From: a bacterium
GTDB lineage: Bacteria; Zhuqueibacterota; Zhuqueibacteria; Residuimicrobiales; Krinioviventaceae
Reading direction: 5' to 3'
Assembly (NCBI GenBank): GCA_963693055.1
Contig: OY843751.1
Span: forward strand, 736,001-800,000
Length of the DNA: 64,000 nt
Shown here: positions 41,593 to 51,111 of the stretch, piece by piece
How the letters are laid out: each line of letters begins with the position of its first letter
How positions within the stretch are numbered: position 1 is the first letter of the stretch
Made by a program: the position numbers and the translations under genes
The notes under the pieces: generated by a model
What the model was told of the DNA's origin: nothing
Seen by the model: the letters and a program-made list of their open reading frames with translations, nothing else
Databases searched by the model: none

Positions 41593-43059
41593 TTATAGTG
41601 GTTGTTCCAGGGCTGGTTTGACGGTCCATAATTGCATTTTGGTCATTTCTGCCAAATTGGTCATGTCCAGATCGGGACGGTGAACAATCCAGTGTTTAAA
41701 ATCCATAACTTCTTTAATGATTGCTTTTTCGTTTTCTACGGGATACGGATCAAAAGCAACAACCGGATATACCTGTTTGGGATTGTTTGTTAAAACATCG
41801 AGATACACTGTGCTGAACAATTGTAATAATGAACCTGTACCAATTATGCTGTTATCTGCTGTTAATGCTGCGGGCAAGGCGTTATATTCGTTAATATAAG
41901 CTGAAGCCTGACCGGCAAGCAATAATGCCTGCTCTAGAGAAATGTTCTCTATTGCCGGAGCTTCGATGGGCATCTGCAAGGGGCCAAAAACATCCTGACG
42001 CTGCATTGTCAGTGCGAGAGAATTGTTGATTTTGTACAAGCTGAGAGATTGGGCAAGCGCGGTAAATATTTCTGCTGGAGTAAAATAATCATTAATCACC
42101 ACCTCTTGTTTTGCCAATATCTCTTTGGCAATAGCGCTCAACTCGTCTTGAGTGATTTCCTGTTTTTGCCAGGAAAATTTTTGAATCAAATCCCGATAGG
42201 TGGCAAATTCTACGTAATCATGACTTTTTACATATTGCATTAACCGGCGAAAGTTTTCTTGCGCAGTTTTCATGGTTTCCCTGGGGCGTAGTTCCGGTGC
42301 TTTCCATTCACTGGCAGGGGGATTAGCACCTTCATAGAAATTAAAATCCCAGAATTGTTCACTGCGAACTTTGCAGGGATGGCAGGCAAAAAACGAAACA
42401 ACATCTTTGTTTTGAATGTCGTTATCAAAACGCTCTTTCAGGCTTGCCAATGCGGGTTCGAACAGTTCATCATTGTAATATGTGTTGTCAAACCCACCAT
42501 ACTCGCCGTGAAAATTGAGGGTATTACAGAACCAGGTTGCGTTTTTGTTTTCGAGATGAATAGGGGAATAGATATACGCTTTACCCATTTCACCCAACGC
42601 GCGAACCAATTGGGGGCCATAACTCCCTCCGTGGCGGGCCAATGCACTTACCGGAACGTTAAAGATCCGTTCAAGTTCATTAAACCCTATAGATTCGTTT
42701 TTGAGCATAGCCTCGTAACCGGTTTGCCAGTCAGCGTTTTCTAATATTTCTGTCACTGTTGGATGTATGGAACCCATATTGGTGTGGCTGCCAATATCGT
42801 GACTGGCCATAGCGGCAATTACGTCAGTGCGACCTCGTTTTTCAAATGATCTTGCTTTTTCACCAATTACAAAAAAAGTACCGGTTACACCTTCTTCTGT
42901 CATAATTTCTGCAAGCCATTTGGGGATATTGTCAATACCCTCGGATTCAGGGGTAATATAATCTTCAACATCAAATACAACAACGACATAGGTTTTGTCT
43001 TTGGCAAAAAGCAAAGTTGTTGTAAGGATTAAAAGGGCGATCAGGGATTGGATTTTCAT
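41593..43059 (-). CDS. Secreted polysaccharide-deacetylase-like (NodB fold) protein
   Basis: Signal peptide, FDVEDY, TGTFFVIG and HDIGSHT motifs. Confidence 0.7.
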   Translation of the reverse strand: MKIQSLIALLILTTTLLFAKDKTYVVVVFDVEDYITPESEGIDNIPKWLAEIMTEEGVTGTFFVIGEKARSFEKRGRTDVIAAMASHDIGSHTNMGSIHPTVTEILENADWQTGYEAMLKNESIGFNELERIFNVPVSALARHGGSYGPQLVRALGEMGKAYIYSPIHLENKNATWFCNTLNFHGEYGGFDNTYYNDELFEPALASLKERFDNDIQNKDVVSFFACHPCKVRSEQFWDFNFYEGANPPASEWKAPELRPRETMKTAQENFRRLMQYVKSHDYVEFATYRDLIQKFSWQKQEITQDELSAIAKEILAKQEVVINDYFTPAEIFTALAQSLSLYKINNSLALTMQRQDVFGPLQMPIEAPAIENISLEQALLLAGQASAYINEYNALPAALTADNSIIGTGSLLQLFSTVYLDVLTNNPKQVYPVVAFDPYPVENEKAIIKEVMDFKHWIVHRPDLDMTNLAEMTKMQLWTVKPALEQPL

Positions 43060-43168
43060 GATTCTCTCCATATTGATCCATGTATTTATGGAAATTTTAC
43101 ATTGTCCAAATTTTGATTAAAGAAAAATAATTGCTTTTCAGTATAAAAGCAATTATTTTTTCTAGCGG

Positions 43169-43885
43169 TTAATGCTCAGTGGAGAAAAGGTACCCGGCGC
43201 TTCTTACGCTTTTGAATATTTGGGGAGATTTGGGATTGATTTCAAAATATTTTCGAAGGCGTGCCATGAAAATATCAACCGTTCGGGTTTCAACCGGTTT
43301 GTCAATCTGCCAGACATTTTCAAGCAATTCCTGCCTCGAGACTACGGTGTCTTTGTGCTCAATCATGTATTTTAACAACATGGCTTCGTGAGGAGTTAGC
43401 CGAAATTCATTCCTGGAAGATACACAAAGTAAATTGTTAAAATTGACTGTGTAATTACCAATGACAAGGGTTGGATTTTCATTGGCTGTGGATTTGTACC
43501 ATGCTTTGCGCCGCAGCATGCCTTTTACCCTGAGCAGCAATTCATCAAGATGAAAGGGCTTGGCAATGTAATCGTCAGCGCCGGTTTCAAGCCCTTTAAT
43601 CCGGTCTTTGATACCCGTACGGGCCGTAAGCATAAGGATAGGGATTTGTGGATCAGTTTGACGCATGTGTTCAGCTACTTCATAACCATTCAAATAGGGC
43701 AGCATAATGTCGAGTATTACCAGATCAAACGGTTCTTTATCAAATTTATCAATAGCTTGCCTGCCATCCGGTGCAATAGATACCTGATATCCCTCTTCGT
43801 TTAGATTAAACTCTAATCCTACAGCGAGGGACTCTTCATCCTCAACAATCAAGATGCGACTGCCATGAAAATCATGATCATTCAT
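43169..43885 (-). CDS. OmpR-family response regulator
   Basis: ILIVEDE, DIMLP, MLTAR, GADDYIAKPF, winged helix TRTVDIFMARLRK...SVRSAGY. Confidence 0.95.
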   Translation of the reverse strand: MNDHDFHGSRILIVEDEESLAVGLEFNLNEEGYQVSIAPDGRQAIDKFDKEPFDLVILDIMLPYLNGYEVAEHMRQTDPQIPILMLTARTGIKDRIKGLETGADDYIAKPFHLDELLLRVKGMLRRKAWYKSTANENPTLVIGNYTVNFNNLLCVSSRNEFRLTPHEAMLLKYMIEHKDTVVSRQELLENVWQIDKPVETRTVDIFMARLRKYFEINPKSPQIFKSVRSAGYLFSTEH

Positions 43886-44900
43886 TGATTTCTTCCTGTC
43901 TTTTTTTGCGTTTTTGGGCAAGCTTTAACAAGTTGTTGATATAACGTTGTTTTACTGCCTGGTATATAGGCAATTCTATTCGAAAAGTTGTTCCTTTTCC
44001 TATACCTTCACTTTGAACGGTTACTCTGCCGCCATGTGTTTTAATAATTTCTTTGACAAAATACAGTCCTAATCCGGTTCCCTTGACATTGGGTACTGAA
44101 CGGTTATAAACACGGTGGAATTTCTTGAAAATGTGTTTTTGTTCTTCCTGATCTATACCAATTCCATTATCAGTAAACTTTACAATAACGTGGTTTCTGA
44201 CAATTGACAGATCCATTGTTATTTGAGGGGAGGATTTGGAATATTTGATTGCATTGTCTACTAAATTGTCAATAACCATTCGCATAGTATTGGGATCAAT
44301 TACACAGGAATAAGGTGCGCTGCCTGTAATTGATACAGATTCTGCACCCAGTTTAAGTTGACTGGTGCTTTCTCTAAACAAGCGCTGAAGGGTTTCACCG
44401 GCATCTACCAATTGGTAATCAAAGGGGATCTTTTTTAATTCCATACCTGAAATTGAAAGAATGGATTCGATCAGGTTTTTTAAGCGTGCAGCGTCTCTGA
44501 TCATTATATTTACAAACTCTTTTTGTTTTTCAGGAGAAACGCTTCTGGTATTTAGCGTCTCCAGATAGAGTTGTATGGATGATAAAGGAGATTTAAGTTC
44601 GTGGGTCACATTGGCGATAAAATTGTCATACATGATGGTTATTTTTAACTGGCTGGTAAGATTTCTGAAAATTAATGCCATGGCAACGGACACAGTAATC
44701 ATGAGTACCAATCCACCTACCAATGCAACGACATTGGCACTTTTGGAAATAATCTGTATGGAATAATGTTCACCCACATATTCAGAAATCATATTGCTGG
44801 TTATATACCTATAAATCCACAAACCCACCATCACAAACCAGGCGACCTGGGCCAAAACAAAAATAAATATGGGGTAAAACAGGGTACGGCTTTTTTTCAT
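43878..44900 (-). CDS. Two-TM sensor histidine kinase
   Basis: FIANVTHELKSPL, NLVDNAIKYS, DNGIGI, GTGLGL; only a short loop between the two TMs. Confidence 0.95.
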   Translation of the reverse strand: MKKSRTLFYPIFIFVLAQVAWFVMVGLWIYRYITSNMISEYVGEHYSIQIISKSANVVALVGGLVLMITVSVAMALIFRNLTSQLKITIMYDNFIANVTHELKSPLSSIQLYLETLNTRSVSPEKQKEFVNIMIRDAARLKNLIESILSISGMELKKIPFDYQLVDAGETLQRLFRESTSQLKLGAESVSITGSAPYSCVIDPNTMRMVIDNLVDNAIKYSKSSPQITMDLSIVRNHVIVKFTDNGIGIDQEEQKHIFKKFHRVYNRSVPNVKGTGLGLYFVKEIIKTHGGRVTVQSEGIGKGTTFRIELPIYQAVKQRYINNLLKLAQKRKKRQEEINE

Positions 44901-44963
44901 GCGTTGAATCCGTTTTTTGTGTGCTATTTCAAAGTAAAGTTTTTTTATAAATTATAAAAGAGG

Positions 44964-44985
44964 TTTTACACTACTTTTACAGTAC
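44964..44985. promoter_or_regulatory. Tandem 11-bp direct repeat, putative OmpR-family binding site
   Basis: TTTTACACTAC TTTTACAGTAC in the gap between the two-component genes and the divergent radical SAM operon. Confidence 0.55.
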
Positions 44986-45035
44986 TCTTTTATTTTAATG
45001 TTTATATTGAAATGAATCAAGTGAAAGGGTATGGT

Positions 45036-46514
45036 ATGAAAATATTATTTGTTTATCCTGAGACACCCACAACTTTTTGGAGTTTCAGGCATGCCCTGCG
45101 GTTCATTTCTAAAAAATCAAGTGAACCGCCTTTGGGTTTGGTTACGGTTGCGTCATTGCTCCCAAAAGATTGGGAGAAAAAACTGATTGATATGAATGTG
45201 ACAGTCCTGAAAGATAAACATTTGCTTTGGGCAGATTATGTGTTTCTGACGGGGATGAATGTTCATCTGGAATCATTTAAAAAAGTGGTTAATCGATGCA
45301 ATATTTTAGGTGTTAAAGTTGTAGCCGGCGGTCCCATGTGCACAACGGATTATGAACAATTTCAGGGTATTGATCATTTTATTTTAAATGAAGCAGAAAT
45401 TACTTTGCCCATGTTTCTCAACGATCTTGAGCAGGGCACTCCCCAGGCAGTATATAAATCGGACGAGTTTCCGGATTTGAGTAAAACCCCGGTCCCTGAC
45501 TGGAGTTTGCTGGATATGAAAAAATATGCTTCGATGAGTGTGCAGTACTCTCGTGGCTGTCCATTTAACTGTGAATTTTGCAGTGTTACCATGTTAAATG
45601 GCCATAAACCTCGTACAAAATCAGTTTCTCAATTTATTGGCGAGCTTGATTCTTTGTATTCAGCAGGATGGCGGGGCGGTATTTTTATTGTTGATGATAA
45701 CTTTATTGGAAACAAGCACCGGGTAAAAACAGAATTGCTTCCTGCATTGATTGATTGGCAGGAAATACATAGTCAACCTTATGAGTTTTTGACCGAAGTC
45801 TCTATCAACCTTGCGGATGATGAGGAACTTGTAACATTACTGGTTAAAGCTGGTTTACGAACCGTTTTTATTGGTATTGAGACCCCCAATGAAGCCAGTT
45901 TGAACGAGTGTGGTAAAGGCCAAAATCTTAAACGAGACATTGTAGAATCGGTTAAAACCCTGCAGAGGCTTGGACTGGTTGTGCATGGCGGATTTATAGT
46001 CGGTTTTGATAATGACCCTCAAACTATCTTTGAAGATCAGATCAAATTTATACAGAATAGTGGTATTGCCACTGCAATGGTTGGGCTGTTAACAGCATTA
46101 TCTGGTACCAAATTATTCAAACGTTTAAAATCAGAAAATCGATTGTTAAACCTCTCTTCCGGCAATAATATGGATGGGTCCTTGAATTTTGTTCCGGCAA
46201 TGAATTATACTAAACTAGTCAAAGGGTATAAATCGCTTTTAGATACAATATATTCTCAAAAGGCATATTACGAACGGGTAAAAATTTTTTTAAATGAATA
46301 TCATTTGCCGGAGCGGCAAAAAATGAGAATCACTTTTTATGATATCCGTGCATTTTTCAGATCCATGATTGTATTGGGTATTTTGGAAAAGGGGAGAAGT
46401 TATTATTGGAGATTGCTTTTTTACACTATAGTAAAATATCCCCGAAAGTTATATTTAGCTGTAACTCTGTCAATATATGGTTTTCATTTTCGGAGAATTG
46501 TTAAAACGGTCTAG
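45036..46514 (+). CDS. B12-binding radical SAM protein (DUF4070/HpnP-like architecture)
   Basis: MKILFVYPETPTTFWSF, PPLGLVTVA, SRGCPFNCEFC, VDDNFIGNK, GFIVGFDND. Confidence 0.92.
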   Translation: MKILFVYPETPTTFWSFRHALRFISKKSSEPPLGLVTVASLLPKDWEKKLIDMNVTVLKDKHLLWADYVFLTGMNVHLESFKKVVNRCNILGVKVVAGGPMCTTDYEQFQGIDHFILNEAEITLPMFLNDLEQGTPQAVYKSDEFPDLSKTPVPDWSLLDMKKYASMSVQYSRGCPFNCEFCSVTMLNGHKPRTKSVSQFIGELDSLYSAGWRGGIFIVDDNFIGNKHRVKTELLPALIDWQEIHSQPYEFLTEVSINLADDEELVTLLVKAGLRTVFIGIETPNEASLNECGKGQNLKRDIVESVKTLQRLGLVVHGGFIVGFDNDPQTIFEDQIKFIQNSGIATAMVGLLTALSGTKLFKRLKSENRLLNLSSGNNMDGSLNFVPAMNYTKLVKGYKSLLDTIYSQKAYYERVKIFLNEYHLPERQKMRITFYDIRAFFRSMIVLGILEKGRSYYWRLLFYTIVKYPRKLYLAVTLSIYGFHFRRIVKTV

Positions 46515-46550
46515 TTTGACAGGTGAATAAGGAAAAGAAAGTAGGAAATT

Positions 46551-47693
46551 ATGATAATGAACCATTTCCCAGAAATGCAAATTGGCAATTTAAAATTAGA
46601 AACTCCAATAATTCAGGGTGGAATGGGAGTTGGTGTGTCGCTGGCGGGTTTAGCTGCAGCGGTTGCAAATGAAGGGGGAATAGGCGTAATAGCAACACCC
46701 GGTATTGGTTTGTTTGAAGCAGATTTGAGAAAAAATTATAAAAATGCCAATGCCCGTGCTTTAAAAAAAGAGATTTTAAAAGCCAAGAGCATGACACCCG
46801 GCGCAATTGGTGTTAATATAATGATTGCGTTAACAGATCATGAGACTTTGCTGCATGCGGCTCTTGATGCCGGTGCGGACGTGGTTTTTATGGGAGCGGG
46901 ATTGCCGTTAAAAGTCCCGCAGATGATAACACCTGAACGTTTACAGCTTGAATCTACCCGCATTGTTCCCATTATTTCTTCAGGGAGAGCGGCCCAGGCT
47001 ATATGTAAAGCATGGTCAAAACATGATTGTGTGCCTGATGCCTTTGTTGTAGAAGGGCCTATGGCTGGCGGACACCTGGGATTCAAGAAGGAACAACTTG
47101 ATGATCCGGATTTTCAACTTGAAAAGCTGGTTACAGAAACGCTTGACGCATTGAAACCCTTTGAAGAAAAAGCTGGTAAAAAAATACCGGTTATTGCTGC
47201 CGGAGGAGTTTTTACCGGTGCAGATATTAAACGTTTTCTCGATCTGGGCGCTGCCGGTGTGCAGATGGCAACACGATTTGTTGCTACACATGAATGCGAT
47301 GTAGATGACAGCTTTAAACAGGCTTATGTCAATGCTGGTAAAGAAGATGTGATGATTATTGACAGTCCGGTAGGCTTACCGGGCCGGGCAATTCGTAATC
47401 CGTTTTTAACCAAGGTTGAGGCAGGAGAGCATCCTTCATTCAAATGCCCCTGGAAATGTCTGCGGACCTGTGATTTTAGAACAGCGCCCTATTGCATTGC
47501 AGAAGCGTTAACCAATGCGAAAATGGGCAAGCTTGAAGACGGTTTTGCATTTGCCGGTGCAAATGCCTGGCGGGTTAACGAGATTGTTTCTGTTAAGGAA
47601 TTGGTTGAAACACTGGCAAAAGAGTATGTTGCGGCTTGTGATAAACAAACTCCCCAATCCGGTTTAAATTCAATCAGCGCAGATGCGGCTTGA
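46551..47693 (+). CDS. Nitronate monooxygenase/FabK-superfamily flavoprotein with C-terminal 4-Cys motif (FabX/UfaA-like)
   Basis: PIIQGGMGVGVS, VEGPMAGGHLG, VIAAGG, GVQMATRF, SPVGLPGRA and CPWKCLRTC...YC. Confidence 0.88.
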   Translation: MIMNHFPEMQIGNLKLETPIIQGGMGVGVSLAGLAAAVANEGGIGVIATPGIGLFEADLRKNYKNANARALKKEILKAKSMTPGAIGVNIMIALTDHETLLHAALDAGADVVFMGAGLPLKVPQMITPERLQLESTRIVPIISSGRAAQAICKAWSKHDCVPDAFVVEGPMAGGHLGFKKEQLDDPDFQLEKLVTETLDALKPFEEKAGKKIPVIAAGGVFTGADIKRFLDLGAAGVQMATRFVATHECDVDDSFKQAYVNAGKEDVMIIDSPVGLPGRAIRNPFLTKVEAGEHPSFKCPWKCLRTCDFRTAPYCIAEALTNAKMGKLEDGFAFAGANAWRVNEIVSVKELVETLAKEYVAACDKQTPQSGLNSISADAA

Positions 47694-47706
47694 TGTATAT
47701 ATTAAT

Positions 47707-47731
47707 ACCCGGAATGTGTTAATTCCGGGTT
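47707..47731. terminator. Hairpin between convergent genes
   Basis: ACCCGGAAT / ATTCCGGGT inverted repeat in an A/T-rich context. Confidence 0.65.
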
Positions 47732-50238
47732 TATTTTCCTTTGCTCATGGCTTCCTGAATTGCAGTGAGCAGACCTGACTGGTCAAAGGGCTTTCTTACC
47801 AGCCGGTAACCTTCTTCGGGAAGGTGACCGGTATCTAACATGTCATGACTGTAGCCACTGGCAAAGACAATGGGGAGGTGGGGGTGATTTATTCGAATAT
47901 GATCATGCACCATGCGTCCGCTTTTTTTCGGCATAACAACATCCAAAAGGACAAGATCTATAGCCTTTACATGTTTTTCAAATTTCTCAATTGCGTTTTC
48001 GCCGTCAATAGCAGTAATAATATTGTATCCTGCTTGTTCTAAAATGAGTTCGGCGAGTTCACGTACCTGCTCGTCATCTTCTGCTAATAGTATTGTTTCA
48101 CCGGTACCTTTTAATTCTTTGTATTGTTTTTGTTTTTCTGCTTCAATGGTACTGGTTTGATCTGAATTGGCCGGCAGATAGATTTTAAAAACAGTACCCA
48201 TACCTTCTTCGCTATAAAGATTAATAAATCCACCATGTCGTTTGGTTATTGCATACACGGTTGACAAGCCCAGCCCGGTACCTTCGCCAACCGCTTTGGT
48301 AGTAAAAAAGGGCTCAAAAATACGGTCTTTAATTTCTTTGGGAATGCCTTTACCGGTATCGCTCACATTTATTGCTACATAGTTCCCTTCCTGTGCTTCC
48401 GCATGGATTTGACAGTATTCTTTTGAAAGCAGAATGTTTTCAGTCTCTATAGTAAGCTTGCCTCCATCGGGCATTGCGTCTCTGGCATTTACACAAAGAT
48501 TGAGTATAATTTGCTCTACCTGTCCGGGATCAGCTTGTAATATTTGTAGATCAGCACCGGGATGAAAACTCAGATCTATATGTTCACCAATAATCCTGCG
48601 AATCATTTTTAACAGCCCGCTGGTAAGATCGTTCAGGTCGATTTGTTTCAACTGCAAGGTTTCACGTCTGCTAAAGGCTAGTAATTGGCGCACGAGTGCT
48701 GTTGCCCGTTCTGATGCTTTGGCTACATGGTCAAGGGTTTTTCTGGCAGGGTTATCTTCTCCCAAGATATCCTGGGTCATCTCTGTGTATCCGGCAATGA
48801 CCTGAAGCATATTGTTAAAATCATGCGCTACACCTCCGGCAAGTTGACCAATGGCTTCCATCTTTTGGGACTGGCGGATTTGCCCCTCTAGTTCCAATTC
48901 ACGAGTAATATCATGATTTACGCTGACAAAGTTGGTAATATTTCCATCTTCATCGCGAATTGGAGATATCTCTACCTCTTCTGTGTACAGTGTTCCGTCC
49001 TTTTTCTTGTTTATGACCTGAGATTTCCAGATTTTACCGGATAAAATTGTCTTCCATAATGCCTTGTAATATTCAGGATCATGTTCGCCACTTTTTAATA
49101 TTCTTGGGTTTTCGCCAATTGCCTCTTTGCGACTGTATCCGCTCAACCTTTCAAAAGCCGGATTTACATACTGCATGGTACCTTCAATATCCGTAATAAT
49201 TACAACTTCTGATGCTTGCTCAATCGCTCTGGCAAGACGAGTGTTCTCTTCAAGGGCTTTTTTCTGTGCTGATATGTCAACCAAGATTCCATCAACATAG
49301 TTCATTGTTGGGCCTTTAACCAGTGTAGCCCAGATTTTGCAATAAAGGGGAGTACCATCTTTTTTCTTTAATGCCAGGTCAAAATTGTCAACTTTGCTGT
49401 TCTCGAGTAATAATTTGTTAAATTCTTTAAACTTGAACGCGTCCAGATAAAAATTTGATAAAGGGTTTTTTGAAAATTCTTCAAAGGAACTAAAGCCAAA
49501 CATTTTAAAAGCAGCAGGATTAGCAAGTATCATTTTCCCATTTTCCTGATAGTGTCTACGATAAATGCCAACAGGAAGCTGGTTCAATAATGTGCGGTAT
49601 TTGTTTTCGCTTTCGATTAATGCCTTTTCTGAATTTTTTGTTTCTGTTATATCCCTTATAACACTGTGAATCTGATCAAGTTCTCCTAAATTGTTAGTGC
49701 TGGGTCTGCTTTCCAGTTCAATTATTAGAATATTACTATTATTGCTACGAATTTCCAGTTCTGTTGTAATATTATCAATATTGTTTTTCAGATTTTGGAT
49801 ATGTTGCTCAAGCAGTTTAATGGATCTTGAAGTGAGAAGGTCTGAAAAATGTCGTCCGATAACATCGTAACGGGTATATTCAAAACTATCAAGCCATGTT
49901 TGATTTATATCAATCAGCACTCCCGTGGAATCCATGCTTTGATAGGCAATAGGTGCTTTTTCAAAAAGATCCTGAAATCTTAATTCGCTGTATACAAGTT
50001 TTTGAGCATAGATATTAAGGCGTTTAAGCAATAACCCGGTAATTAATCCAATGATACCACCAACTGTTATTGGTATTAAATACCATTTGGGTTCTATGGG
50101 GATACTAAAAATTGTTCGTTGTATTGTGGCAACTGTTGCAAGTGTTGTCGAACCTATTAAAAAGGAAAATATACCCCGTTTTATCCAGGGGAGTAGTGGA
50201 TGTGATGATTTCGGGCTTTTGAGTGCATGTTGGTTCAT
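47731..50238 (-). CDS. Hybrid PAS sensor histidine kinase with receiver domain (CckA-like architecture)
   Basis: Two TM, PAS x3, GQLAGGVAHDFNN, NARDAMPDGG, GTGLGLS, receiver ILLAEDD...DVVMP; AAGGAG RBS before ATG 50238. Confidence 0.93.
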   Translation of the reverse strand: MNQHALKSPKSSHPLLPWIKRGIFSFLIGSTTLATVATIQRTIFSIPIEPKWYLIPITVGGIIGLITGLLLKRLNIYAQKLVYSELRFQDLFEKAPIAYQSMDSTGVLIDINQTWLDSFEYTRYDVIGRHFSDLLTSRSIKLLEQHIQNLKNNIDNITTELEIRSNNSNILIIELESRPSTNNLGELDQIHSVIRDITETKNSEKALIESENKYRTLLNQLPVGIYRRHYQENGKMILANPAAFKMFGFSSFEEFSKNPLSNFYLDAFKFKEFNKLLLENSKVDNFDLALKKKDGTPLYCKIWATLVKGPTMNYVDGILVDISAQKKALEENTRLARAIEQASEVVIITDIEGTMQYVNPAFERLSGYSRKEAIGENPRILKSGEHDPEYYKALWKTILSGKIWKSQVINKKKDGTLYTEEVEISPIRDEDGNITNFVSVNHDITRELELEGQIRQSQKMEAIGQLAGGVAHDFNNMLQVIAGYTEMTQDILGEDNPARKTLDHVAKASERATALVRQLLAFSRRETLQLKQIDLNDLTSGLLKMIRRIIGEHIDLSFHPGADLQILQADPGQVEQIILNLCVNARDAMPDGGKLTIETENILLSKEYCQIHAEAQEGNYVAINVSDTGKGIPKEIKDRIFEPFFTTKAVGEGTGLGLSTVYAITKRHGGFINLYSEEGMGTVFKIYLPANSDQTSTIEAEKQKQYKELKGTGETILLAEDDEQVRELAELILEQAGYNIITAIDGENAIEKFEKHVKAIDLVLLDVVMPKKSGRMVHDHIRINHPHLPIVFASGYSHDMLDTGHLPEEGYRLVRKPFDQSGLLTAIQEAMSKGK

Positions 50239-50462
50239 TGACTGTCTCCTTTTACAATAGAAATCTATTATGTCCATTTGGAGGCCAATAAATTATATAT
50301 AAGCAATTCCTAATATTGCAGGTAAGGACAAACCCTGATATTTTTTCCCATGGCCTTGTTATGTAATTATATGATTTTCTTTGATTGTGTGCAAGTTAAA
50401 TATTTGTTTTTTATAAAATATGCAACCATGTCCGGCAATGAGAACCGAACATGGTTTGCAAT

Positions 50463-50774
50463 TCAGGACGAAAATGCCTGATGTGCATCAATGCAACCGA
50501 GTTCAACTGCTTCCTGTAAAATATCAACATGTCCCAATCGTTTAAAATAGAGGGACGCATAATTGCGTTGTACCAGGCTGCCTTGAAATAAATAGTAGCG
50601 AATTCTTGCACGGCCTTCCTGCGAGTCAACCAGTCCCAGCGCGTAATCAAGAATTTTATAGCTGCCAATACCTTTGGCGTCGTTCAGATACTGCATCAAA
50701 ATGTCAATATTTTCTGCAGTGCCTGCTTTTGCTATTTGGCTGAGTTTGTCCATGGTTAACAGGTGGGTCGTCAT
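50463..50774 (-). CDS. Hypothetical 103-aa helical protein downstream of the tandem attenuators
   Basis: Strong RBS (GGGAGGTGG) before ATG 50774; no family recognised. Confidence 0.75.
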   Translation of the reverse strand: MTTHLLTMDKLSQIAKAGTAENIDILMQYLNDAKGIGSYKILDYALGLVDSQEGRARIRYYLFQGSLVQRNYASLYFKRLGHVDILQEAVELGCIDAHQAFSS

Positions 50775-50808
50775 TTTACCACCTCCCTTTCTTGAGTTAG
50801 TTTATATC

Positions 50809-50845
50809 AAAAAAAAAGCCCCGTTCTTTGCGTGAACGGGGCTTT
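50809..50845 (-). terminator. Attenuator terminator 2
   Basis: Minus strand AAAGCCCCGTTC-ACGCAAA-GAACGGGGC followed by T9. Confidence 0.9.
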
Positions 50846-50867
50846 AATGAAAAGATAAAAGTGCCTT

Positions 50868-51032
50868 TTATGGCCCCGTTTTATTTAAAATATCGTCAGT
50901 GCAATCACAATCATCATTCATGGTATCTACAGCATCAAATACATTCGAGCAAACCGCGCGAGTTCCAATGCAGATGGATTTGTACATGTTGTCTATGATG
51001 TTTATGAAAATAGTTGATTTGTTGAATTGCAT
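50868..51032 (-). CDS. Asp-rich leader peptide 2 (54 aa)
   Basis: AAGGA RBS; manual translation MQFNKSTIFINIIDNMYKSICIGTRAVCSNVFDAVDTMNDDCDCTDDILNKTGP*. Its 3' end (AACGGGGC) is complementary to the 5' arm of terminator 2. Confidence 0.75.
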   Translation of the reverse strand: MQFNKSTIFINIIDNMYKSICIGTRAVCSNVFDAVDTMNDDCDCTDDILNKTGP

Positions 51033-51054
51033 GATTTTTCCTTGTATATAAATG

Positions 51055-51090
51055 AAAAAAGCCCCGCTCCTGATTGGGAACGAGGCTTTT
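51055..51090 (-). terminator. Attenuator terminator 1
   Basis: Minus strand AAAAGCCTCGTTCC-CAATCA-GGAGCGGGGC followed by T6 (two G-U pairs in the stem). Confidence 0.85.
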
Positions 51091-51111
51091 AAAAATTTAT
51101 TTGTAAATTTT

